Shown: in pieces, positions 17,055-25,125 of the stretch | Layout: every line of letters starts with the position of its first letter | Numbering within the stretch: the first letter of the stretch is position 1 | DNA from: Ardenticatenaceae bacterium | GTDB lineage: Bacteria > Chloroflexota > Anaerolineae > Ardenticatenales > Ardenticatenaceae | Length of the DNA stretch: 35,922 nucleotides | Assembly: GCA_036386615.1 (NCBI GenBank) | Contig: DASVVH010000213.1 | Coordinates: forward strand, 1 to 35,922 | Direction of reading: 5' to 3' | Translations under genes and position numbers: made by a program | Notes under the pieces: model-generated | What the model was told of the DNA's origin: nothing | The model's database searches: none | The model's input: only the letters and a program-made list of their open reading frames with translations

Positions 17055-17540
17055 CTACTTTTCCTCGTCCTCGCTGTCCGCCTCGTCGCCGTACCCATCC
17101 AGAGCCACGAGCGGGGTGAGCACCCTCAGCACGGCATAGTTCAACAGGCTGAGGATTATAGCGATTTCAATGTGCTCAAAGGCTACCGCCGCGCCGATAG
17201 CCCCTGTATTCCAGATGCTCGCCGCCGTCGCCAGACCGTAGACGCTCCCACCTTCCTTCAGGATGGTTCCGCCGCCGATAAAGCCGATACCACCCAATAG
17301 ACCCTGTAGCGCTCGCGCCATCACATCGGCGGTTGCCCCATCCATGTTCTTCACTATCAGCATGTAGCCGCAGCTAGCAATCGCCACGATGGGGAAGGTG
17401 CGAAGCCCCAGGCTGCGCGAGGCGTGGGCGCGCTCGTATCCGATAGGGAGCGCCAGAACGAAGGCAATAGCGACTCTTATGAAGTCGCTGATGACCACTG
17501 TCCAGTCTATGTTGACGGTTGAGAGAATGGTGTCCAGCAT
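17055..17540 (-). CDS. MgtC/SapB-family membrane protein, convergent paralogue
   Basis: RVAIAFVLALPIGYERAHASRSLGLRTFPIV... The C-terminal tail is acidic. Its stop lies 3 nt from the stop of the plus-strand paralogue. Confidence 0.88.
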   Translation of the reverse strand: MLDTILSTVNIDWTVVISDFIRVAIAFVLALPIGYERAHASRSLGLRTFPIVAIASCGYMLIVKNMDGATADVMARALQGLLGGIGFIGGGTILKEGGSVYGLATAASIWNTGAIGAAVAFEHIEIAIILSLLNYAVLRVLTPLVALDGYGDEADSEDEEK

Positions 17541-17626
17541 GGCGGTTGGTTCCTTGTAGTGGCGCGACGCGTCTTGCTGTTGAGGGTTATACTACGAGGG
17601 GTGAGCGCGAGGGGCAAAAGCGGCGG

Positions 17627-20089
17627 CTAGCGTGGCTCTTGGCGGGGGTCCAGTGGTAGCTCGACCGTAAAGGTGGAGCCAATACCAAGCTCGCTCGTGA
17701 CGGAGACCGTCCCGCCGTGCGCCTCGACGATGTGGCGAACGATGTAGAGGCCCAGCCCCAGCCCGCCTACGCTGAGTGGCTGGATGTTGGAGGCGCGGTA
17801 GAAGCGCGTGAAGAGGTGCGTGAGAGCTTCGGGTGGGATGCCGATGCCCTCGTCCGCGACAGCAAGCGAGATGCTGTCTCCTTTTTCTTGAATCTCGACA
17901 GTGATGCGCCCCCCCGCAGGGCTGTACTTGACCGCGTTTTGCAGCAGGTTCTGGATGACCTGCTCCAGCCGCAGCGCGTCACCCCAGAGAAGCACCGGCT
18001 CTTCGGGGCAGGCAAGCTCGATGATGTGCTGCTCCGCCATCGCCTGAACCACTGTTACCAATCGTCGTGCAAGCGCAGAGAGATCCACCTGCGAGCGCTC
18101 GATAACGAGTTGGCCGCGCTGGACGCGGGAAACGTCGAGCAACAATTCGACGAGGCGATTGAGGCGAGTCGCCTCATCCTGAATGATTTGGATGGCGCGC
18201 TGGTCACGGGGGTTGATAGCCTCGTTCTGCGCGGCGCGGCGGGCCAGAAGGTCCGCGTAGCCCTTGATGCTGGTGATGGGCGTCTTGAGGTCGTGCGAGG
18301 CGATGGAGATAAACTGGTCGCGCGTCAGAATCGCCTCCTGCGCCTGCTGGTAGAGGCGGGCATTCTCGACGGCAAGACCCGCGCGGCGGACCAACTCTTC
18401 CCCCAGAGCAACCTCCACGTCGGTGTACTGGCGGCCAGAGGTCGAGGAAATCAGCATCACCACGCCCAGGATGCGGTCACGGGCGACGAGGGGCACCGCA
18501 ACGTAGGCGCGGGGCGCGAGGGCGTTATAAATCTCCAACACCGCCTCGTCCTGTGTGAAGAGGTGGGGCGGCCTGCCGGACAGGTCGTTGTGCCACTCTG
18601 TCTTCGCAGAGTTTAGCACCCGTGCCACGATGCTGTCCGGGTTATTCACATCGTAGGGATAGAGGCGTTCCAACTCGCGTGTGAGGGCTTCCTGCTCCGG
18701 GTTGACGTGCGCGCTCGCTACCTGACGAAGCCGTCCATCCTCCAACACAATCACGAGGCAGTAGTCTGCCAGGGCAGTGACCGCCAGGCGCGCGAGGTTC
18801 CCCAGCGTCGTCTCGTAGTCGAGCGAGGCACTGAGCACGCGCCCCGCTTCCGACAGCAGGCTCAACGCCTCCTCGGCCCGCTTGCGCTTCGTGATGTTCA
18901 CCAGCAGCCCGCGCAGTTGCCAGATAGTGCCATCCTCGGCGCGCACCGGGCGGATGCTGGCGCGGAGCCAAACCGTACTCCCATTCGCGGCGAGGGCGCG
19001 ATACTCGAACTCCCGCTCGTGCTGCCCAGTCGCCGCGCCCTGCCACAGAACAGCCAACTGGTCTCGCTCGTCCGGGTGACTGTGCGCCCGCCAGAAGTCA
19101 GGCTCCGACAGCCACTGCTCCACCGGGTAACCCAGCATCTCCTCGGCGCGTTGGCTGACGAAGGTAAAGCTCAGGGTCCCGGCATCGGCCTCCCACACAA
19201 CCGCGTCCAACCCCTGCACGAGGTCACGGAAGCGCTGCTCGGAGCGCTCCGCCGCCACGCGCAGGTGCCGCTCGCGGTCGAACCCCTGCACATTCTCGAT
19301 AGCGATAGCGGCCAGGTTCGCTGCCATGCGGAGCGTGACGACGTGCTCCTGAGTGTAGGCGGCAGGTTCCACACTCTGCACCTCGAAGGCACCGATGATA
19401 CGCCCATGCACCGCCATCGGCACCGCGATGGAGGAGCGCGGCAGGCGCGGGTCTACCTCCAGACCCAGATTGACACGCGGCTGTCCCGCCAGAGCCGCGT
19501 CCAGGTCATCCGTGACGACGATTTGCCCCGTCCTGACGGCGCGGCTGTTCGGGCTGTCGGTCATGGGGAGCGGGGGAAGCGTCGAAACATCCTCCTCCAC
19601 CCCCTCGCTCCACGCGTAGACGCAGGTGCGTTCCTCGCGCTCAGGGTCGTACAAGGAGATGAAGAGACCGCTCGAGGGGACGGAGGCGGCGATGAATTGC
19701 TCAAGCGCGCGAAAGACGGTGGCGAGGTCGCGGGCGGTGCCCACCCGTTGCGCCAGCGTGCCCAGGCGGTCCAGCAGGTGCTGGTACTCGCCCGACGCGT
19801 CGCGCGGGGGTGGCGTAGAGGAGGTCGCGGGTGGCACGTCACCTGGCGGCTCATCGCTGCTGGCGGCATCTGCCGCGTGTGCGCGCCGCGCGCTCATCAA
19901 CAGGAAGCCAGAGAGGGCGAGGATGGCAGGGAGGAGGAGTGGCACCGGAGCGTTGAACCACAACACCAGCAGAGTGCTCAGTACCGTAAGCACCAGCAGT
20001 GCGAGTGATAGACGCCGGTATGAAAGCATGGCTGGGTCCGACAGTGCGCCCAGATAGATGTGAGCCTGATGGTCGCAGGGTTGGCTCAA
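17627..20089 (-). CDS. Sensor histidine kinase: 2 TM, GAF, PAS, GAF, HisKA, HATPase_c
   Basis: The H-box is SIASHDLKTPITSIKGY, and HATPase motifs are present (NAVKYSP, DEGIGIP, GLGLGLYIV). A PAS segment reads FRDLVQGLDAVVWEA. The start is uncertain: TTG 20089 or ATG 20029. Confidence 0.88.
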   Translation of the reverse strand: MSQPCDHQAHIYLGALSDPAMLSYRRLSLALLVLTVLSTLLVLWFNAPVPLLLPAILALSGFLLMSARRAHAADAASSDEPPGDVPPATSSTPPPRDASGEYQHLLDRLGTLAQRVGTARDLATVFRALEQFIAASVPSSGLFISLYDPEREERTCVYAWSEGVEEDVSTLPPLPMTDSPNSRAVRTGQIVVTDDLDAALAGQPRVNLGLEVDPRLPRSSIAVPMAVHGRIIGAFEVQSVEPAAYTQEHVVTLRMAANLAAIAIENVQGFDRERHLRVAAERSEQRFRDLVQGLDAVVWEADAGTLSFTFVSQRAEEMLGYPVEQWLSEPDFWRAHSHPDERDQLAVLWQGAATGQHEREFEYRALAANGSTVWLRASIRPVRAEDGTIWQLRGLLVNITKRKRAEEALSLLSEAGRVLSASLDYETTLGNLARLAVTALADYCLVIVLEDGRLRQVASAHVNPEQEALTRELERLYPYDVNNPDSIVARVLNSAKTEWHNDLSGRPPHLFTQDEAVLEIYNALAPRAYVAVPLVARDRILGVVMLISSTSGRQYTDVEVALGEELVRRAGLAVENARLYQQAQEAILTRDQFISIASHDLKTPITSIKGYADLLARRAAQNEAINPRDQRAIQIIQDEATRLNRLVELLLDVSRVQRGQLVIERSQVDLSALARRLVTVVQAMAEQHIIELACPEEPVLLWGDALRLEQVIQNLLQNAVKYSPAGGRITVEIQEKGDSISLAVADEGIGIPPEALTHLFTRFYRASNIQPLSVGGLGLGLYIVRHIVEAHGGTVSVTSELGIGSTFTVELPLDPRQEPR

Positions 20090-20208
20090 GTGTATCCCAC
20101 GAAAGGGCGCGCGGCAAGGCGGACTTTCGGCACAGCCGGGGCGGGACGAAAGTCCCGAACTGCCTTTGGCGACCCAACTGCTCCGGCGGGTGCTGTGAGC
20201 CGCGCGAC

Positions 20209-22929
20209 TCAGGCCGCACCTGTAGCTAGCGGCAGCGTAATCTCGAAGGTGGAGCCAACGCCTACCTCGCTCGTCACGCGGGTCGCGCCGCCGTGTGCCT
20301 GGACGATGTAATGGACGATGTAGAGGCCCAGGCCCATCCCGCCAATCTCGTACCCTTCCAGGTTGCGCGCGCGGTAGAAACGGTTGAATAGCTGCGGCAA
20401 CTCTTCTTCGGGAATGCCCAACCCCTGGTCCGAGACTGAGACGACGGCCTGCCCCTCCCGCTGCTCCACGCGGACGCGAATCTCGCCGCCGTTCGGGCTG
20501 TACTTGATGGCGTTGCTGAGAAGGTTCTGAAGCACCTGCTCCAGCCGCAACTCGTCCCCCTCTACGATGACTGGCTCCTCCGGCACCTGAAGGTGCAGGC
20601 GATGCTGCACCAGCGTGGGGCGCGTCACGTTCACCAGCCGGTCAGCCAGAACGACGAGATTGACGGGCGCGCGCTCGATGAGCAGTTGGCCGCTCTGCAC
20701 GCGCGAGGCATCCAGAAGCAGTTCGACCAGCCGCGCGAGCCGCGTGGCCTGCTCGTCCACGATGCGAAGCGCGCGGAGATAAGTTTCCGGCAGCGCCCCA
20801 TCCCGCGCGGCCCGCCGTTGCAGCAGGTTCGTATACCCCTTGATGGTCGTAATCGGCGTCTTGAGGTCGTGCGAGGCGATGGAGAGGAACTGGTCGCGAA
20901 CCCGAATCGCCTCCTGCGCCTCCAGGTAGAGGCGCGCGTTGTCAATGGCGAGCGCCGCGCGCCGCGCCAACTCTTCAGCCAGGGCCAGTTCCACGTTGGT
21001 ATATTGGCGGCCTGACACTGAAGTTGCCAGACTCATTACGCCGAGGGTGCGATTGCGCGCCGTGAGAGGAACCGCCATGTACGCCTTCGGGTCCAGGGCG
21101 CGGTAGATAGCCAACACCGTCTCATTGGCGGTGACACTCTGGGGAATCTCCTCCGTCAACTCGTTGCTCCACTCCGGCTTCCCTGACCGTATCACGCGCC
21201 CGATAACGCTCTCCGGGCGCTCCACATCGTAGGTGTAGAGGTGTTCCAGGTCGCGCAGCATGGATTCGCGCTCCGGGTCAACGTGCGCGCTCGCCGCCTG
21301 GTGCAACTCCCCATCATCGTTCAGCATCACGATGATGGAATAGTCCGCCAGCGCCGGAACGACGAGCCGCGCGAGGCTTTGCAGCGTCGTCTCGTAATCC
21401 AGGGAGGTAGTCAGCGCCGTCCCCGCCTCGGCCAGCAGCCGCAGCGCCTCCTCGGCCTGCTTCCGTTCCGTAATGTCGAGCAGGAAGGCCACCGTCTGCT
21501 CCTCGCTCCCGCCGAGATAGGCCGCCCCGGCAAGGATGGGCACGCGCCTCCCGTCCTTACGAAGGTACTCTTTCTCGTAGGTAGGGTGCGCCCCCGTGCG
21601 CCGCAGTTCGTCCAGCGCCCAATGGTCCAGGTGGCGGTATTCGGGTGGAGTGAGGTCCAGCCAATTGACGGCACCGGAAAGAACCTCTTCCCGCGTGTAG
21701 CCCACGATGTCCAGAAAGGCGTCATTCGCCTCGAAAATGCTGCCTTGGAGGTCCGCGATGATAATGCCGATGATGTTGGCATCCACGAGCCGCCGCAGCC
21801 GGAGCTCGTTCGCCCGCAGCGCCGCCTGGGAGCGCTGCAAGTCGGCGGCTAACTCCTCGGCGGAGGTGCGCGCCCGCACCTGGGCGCGAGTAACCGCGAA
21901 GAGCGCGAGGCTGGTCAGCAGCCCCCCCGCGAGAATGAAGGGCGTCAGGTCAACGCCCGCGCCTTCCGCGAAAGCAGGCCCCGGCACAAAGCGCAGCGTC
22001 CAGGGGCGGCCCGCCACCTCTATTGTATCAACAGCCTCGAAGCGTGGAGATGGTTCAGGGGTCGCCCCACGCGCGCGGGCCGAGTCGTGCAGCAGGTTGG
22101 CCTCGACAGACTCCGTGCCGTCGTACACCTGAAAATCTACCGCGTAGCTCTCGCTGGGGCCGAGAATGGCCGTCAGGAGGTCGCCCGCGCGGAATGGGCT
22201 GTAGACAAAGCCCATGATAGCCTCGCGCCGTGCCGCTTCCGTCTCCGGTACGATTCCACCTCGATAGACGGGCAGATAGAGGAGGAAGCCAGCCTGCCGA
22301 TTCTCCTCTGGCTCCTGTACCAGCGTCACCTTGCCTGTAGCCGCGACGATGCCCGTGTCCCGCGCCCGTTCCATCGCCTCGCGGCGAACCGCCTCAGAGA
22401 ACATGTCGAAGCCGATAGCAGCCCGGTTCCGCTCGTCCGGCGGTTCCAGATAGGCAACCGGGTAATAGAGCGGGCGCTCCTCCTCAAGCGGCCAGACGCG
22501 AAAACTTTCTATCCCCTGCGCCTGCATCGCCCCGCTGAATTCGTCCAGTTCCTCCGCCCGCACGCCGGGCGCAAAGCCGATTCCCTGAATGCCGGGATAG
22601 CGCCTCTCCAGTGGCAGGCGTTGGACAAAGCGCTGGAACTCCTCACTCGTCACCGCCTCGTTAGCCGCGAATAACCCGGCACCGCCGCGCAATAGAGTGA
22701 TGTAGGTTTCCAGACGGCTTCCGATATTATTCCGGGTCTCCTGGGTGGCGCTCTCAAAACGAAGCCGCTCCCGTGCCTCGGTCGTCACCCTGCCGTAGTA
22801 GGTCGTGGCAAGCGTAAGCAGAAGCGTGACAGCCAACACAAAGGATGGAATCCAGGCCCGCGATAGCGGGGGAGGTCGTATAGTTGAATCTTTTTGCATA
22901 ATGGCCTGAGAACCTTGCCATCCCAACAT
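20209..22929 (-). CDS. Sensor histidine kinase: TM, CHASE sensor domain, TM, PAS, GAF, HisKA, HATPase_c
   Basis: The periplasmic region between two TM helices has CHASE-like conservation (..YPGIQGIGFAP...YYPVAYLEP...NRAAIGFDM..EAMERARDTG). The H-box is SIASHDLKTPITTIKGY. The C-terminal ~430 aa are paralogous to the upstream kinase. Confidence 0.88.
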   Translation of the reverse strand: MLGWQGSQAIMQKDSTIRPPPLSRAWIPSFVLAVTLLLTLATTYYGRVTTEARERLRFESATQETRNNIGSRLETYITLLRGGAGLFAANEAVTSEEFQRFVQRLPLERRYPGIQGIGFAPGVRAEELDEFSGAMQAQGIESFRVWPLEEERPLYYPVAYLEPPDERNRAAIGFDMFSEAVRREAMERARDTGIVAATGKVTLVQEPEENRQAGFLLYLPVYRGGIVPETEAARREAIMGFVYSPFRAGDLLTAILGPSESYAVDFQVYDGTESVEANLLHDSARARGATPEPSPRFEAVDTIEVAGRPWTLRFVPGPAFAEGAGVDLTPFILAGGLLTSLALFAVTRAQVRARTSAEELAADLQRSQAALRANELRLRRLVDANIIGIIIADLQGSIFEANDAFLDIVGYTREEVLSGAVNWLDLTPPEYRHLDHWALDELRRTGAHPTYEKEYLRKDGRRVPILAGAAYLGGSEEQTVAFLLDITERKQAEEALRLLAEAGTALTTSLDYETTLQSLARLVVPALADYSIIVMLNDDGELHQAASAHVDPERESMLRDLEHLYTYDVERPESVIGRVIRSGKPEWSNELTEEIPQSVTANETVLAIYRALDPKAYMAVPLTARNRTLGVMSLATSVSGRQYTNVELALAEELARRAALAIDNARLYLEAQEAIRVRDQFLSIASHDLKTPITTIKGYTNLLQRRAARDGALPETYLRALRIVDEQATRLARLVELLLDASRVQSGQLLIERAPVNLVVLADRLVNVTRPTLVQHRLHLQVPEEPVIVEGDELRLEQVLQNLLSNAIKYSPNGGEIRVRVEQREGQAVVSVSDQGLGIPEEELPQLFNRFYRARNLEGYEIGGMGLGLYIVHYIVQAHGGATRVTSEVGVGSTFEITLPLATGAA

Positions 22930-23198
22930 ATCAAGAACAGGAAGCTGTACCGCTCACCCCGTTTTACACGTTTCGTGCCACCAGTGCCCTTGCCCCAATC
23001 GTAGCGTCCCGCGAATCCATCGTTGAGTGTCCATTTTCACCCTTAATGTTAGTAGGAGTTATGAAGCTAGCGGCGATTCCTGTCAGGTGCCGTTGGCCTC
23101 GTCGTTCAATCCACATTCGGTTGCTCACTTATAAGGTCATACAAAACAGAAGGACGAGTTCTGAAACCCGCCCCTCTCCCAGCCAACCAGCCCAGCGG

Positions 23199-24113
23199 TT
23201 AAGGCTTCTTGACCGCGTAGGTCGTCACGAGGTCGCCCAGATTGATGGGCACCGCCAGTTGGTCAACGTGCAATCTGCGAACCACCCCATCGCCCACCCG
23301 CCACAGGGTATCATTCACGGCCCGCAGCCGCGAGACGAGATAGCTCACCTTCTGGTAACGGCCCTGCGCCTCCGCCCGAATCACCTGGAAGCCAACTTCA
23401 GTGAGCAACGCCGCCAGCGTCCGGCGCGAGAAGTAGACGATGTGCATCTCCATTAACCAGGGCCAGCGCGGACCCATGATGCGGGCGAAGGGCGCGTCAA
23501 TGTCAATCGTGTGGACGGCCAGCACGCCACCCGGCTTCAACACGCGGTGAATCTCCCGGAGGTGCATCTTCGGGTCGTTCAGATGCTCCACCACGTCCCA
23601 GGAGGTCGCCACGTCAAAGAAGTCGTCGGGGAACGCCGCCTGCTCCAGCGTCCCCGTCTTCACATTCAAGCCGCGCTCCCGGCAGAGTTGGGCGGCCCAC
23701 TGAGATAGTTCCGTGCCGTAGGCATCCCAACCATGCTGCTGGGCAATCTCCACGAAGATGCCCGTGTACGCGCCCACGTCCAGAATGCGCTTGCCGCGAT
23801 GGTCGCCCATCATCTGCTCCAGGGGCTTCAGGTGGCGCTCGAAGGTGAGCACGCGGCCCTGGCGCTCCTGCTCGTAGAGCGGGTCCACCACCTGCTCGTA
23901 CTCCTCGATGAGGTCGCCCTGAGCAAAGCGTGGGTTGGCGTAGACGAGGCCGCACTGGCGGCACTTGACGATGGCGTGGTGGACGCCATAGCCGAAGTTG
24001 GTGCAGTTGTACGCCTCAACGGAGATGCGCTTCTGGTAATCTATCGTACTCGGAAAAAGCGGGGCCGTGTCATCGGCCCCACACATGTTGCAACTGACGT
24101 ATTCCAGGTCCAT
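23199..24113 (-). CDS. Class I SAM-dependent methyltransferase with an N-terminal Cys4 zinc ribbon
   Basis: CNMCG...CRQCG forms the zinc ribbon. The SAM motif is ILDVGAYTGIF, and the region ATSWDVVEHLNDP...LKPGG follows. Confidence 0.85.
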   Translation of the reverse strand: MDLEYVSCNMCGADDTAPLFPSTIDYQKRISVEAYNCTNFGYGVHHAIVKCRQCGLVYANPRFAQGDLIEEYEQVVDPLYEQERQGRVLTFERHLKPLEQMMGDHRGKRILDVGAYTGIFVEIAQQHGWDAYGTELSQWAAQLCRERGLNVKTGTLEQAAFPDDFFDVATSWDVVEHLNDPKMHLREIHRVLKPGGVLAVHTIDIDAPFARIMGPRWPWLMEMHIVYFSRRTLAALLTEVGFQVIRAEAQGRYQKVSYLVSRLRAVNDTLWRVGDGVVRRLHVDQLAVPINLGDLVTTYAVKKP

Positions 24114-24190
24114 TACGCTTGGGTTCCTTGAAGCCAGCAGCGCCGCGCGGCACTGCCAAAGTCCGCCATTCTACCGCACGCGGCGTGGGC

Positions 24191-24222
24191 AACAAAAAGC
24201 CTCGCCGCGACAGCGAGGCTTC
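24191..24222 (-). terminator. Rho-independent terminator after the Yip1 gene
   Basis: On the minus strand the stem agcctcgc/gcgaggct is followed by tttttgtt. Confidence 0.7.
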
Positions 24223-24240
24223 TGGAGAGTCCGGATACGT

Positions 24241-24801
24241 TTAGCTACCGCCGGTCAAGGCACCAAGCCCCGCCGCGCCAACGCCCAGGACCGTGCCGAT
24301 GAGGGCGAAGATGATGAACTGCACAACGAAGGCGGCTCCCGCTGTCATAAGCGCCTTACCCGTGTCGAAGTCCAGTGCCTGGCGCACCGCGACAACACCG
24401 AGGTAGAGCGACCAGAGGGCCGGGATGATGCCCAGGCACGCGCCGAGAACAGGGATGAACCCCAGGAGGCCAGAAAGAATCTGCGGCGTCATGGAGTAGC
24501 CCAGGGTACGCTGCAATTCGCCTACGTCGGCTGTACCGTTAAAGACGCGGGTGCCGATAATCCACGTCAGGTAGGACCATATCAGGTAGCCCACGAAGAC
24601 GCTGACGCCGGAGAAGATTGCGCCAAGCAAGGCAGCCCCAATGTCGCCGGAGAAGAGACCGTACAGCAGACCAACAACGACGTTGATGACGGCGACGATT
24701 GCGACGATTGTATACGCTTCCTGGGTGAGGGAGGGATTGGACTCCGCTTCCTCATACAATGCAACGTCACCCCGAAGGGCACGCATCATTCGGTCTACCA
24801 T
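24241..24801 (-). CDS. Yip1-family integral membrane protein
   Basis: MVDRMMRALRGDVALYEEAE... is followed by five hydrophobic helices and a Gly-rich C-terminus. ATG 24801 has GAGGAGAG upstream. Confidence 0.8.
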   Translation of the reverse strand: MVDRMMRALRGDVALYEEAESNPSLTQEAYTIVAIVAVINVVVGLLYGLFSGDIGAALLGAIFSGVSVFVGYLIWSYLTWIIGTRVFNGTADVGELQRTLGYSMTPQILSGLLGFIPVLGACLGIIPALWSLYLGVVAVRQALDFDTGKALMTAGAAFVVQFIIFALIGTVLGVGAAGLGALTGGS

Positions 24802-24912
24802 AGGTTTTACTCTCCTCGTGTAAGGTGATGGATAATGGATGGTGCTCGCCAGAGAAGGGCGGGACCATGACCATTGTAAGGGCACTACTCATAAGCTGTC
24901 AATCGGCACTTT

Positions 24913-25113
24913 TGAAGGATGCAGGGCTGTGTCAAAGTCGGAAAGGGGAAGGAGGGGGAGCGAGAAGGGGGCCGGAGGGCACAGAGGCCAGTATAGGCCA
25001 GTAACGGCCAGTACTGGCGAGCGATAAGCGGCCAGTATAGCCACAAGTAGCTGCTATATGGATGTTAGATACATCATAAGTCGCGCCAGTTTGACACAGC
25101 CCTATGAAGGATG
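24913..25113. mobile_element. MITE-like non-autonomous element (183 bp, 24922-25104) with 15-bp TIRs, flanked by a 9-bp direct duplication
   Basis: The left TIR is cagggctgtgtcaaa (24922-24936). The right end is tttgacacagcccta (25090-25104), giving 14 of 15 complementary positions. TGAAGGATG lies immediately outside both ends (24913-21 and 25105-13). The element has no coding capacity, and a second copy lies at 3432-3618. Confidence 0.75.
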
Positions 25114-25125
25114 AGGGATGAGTTT

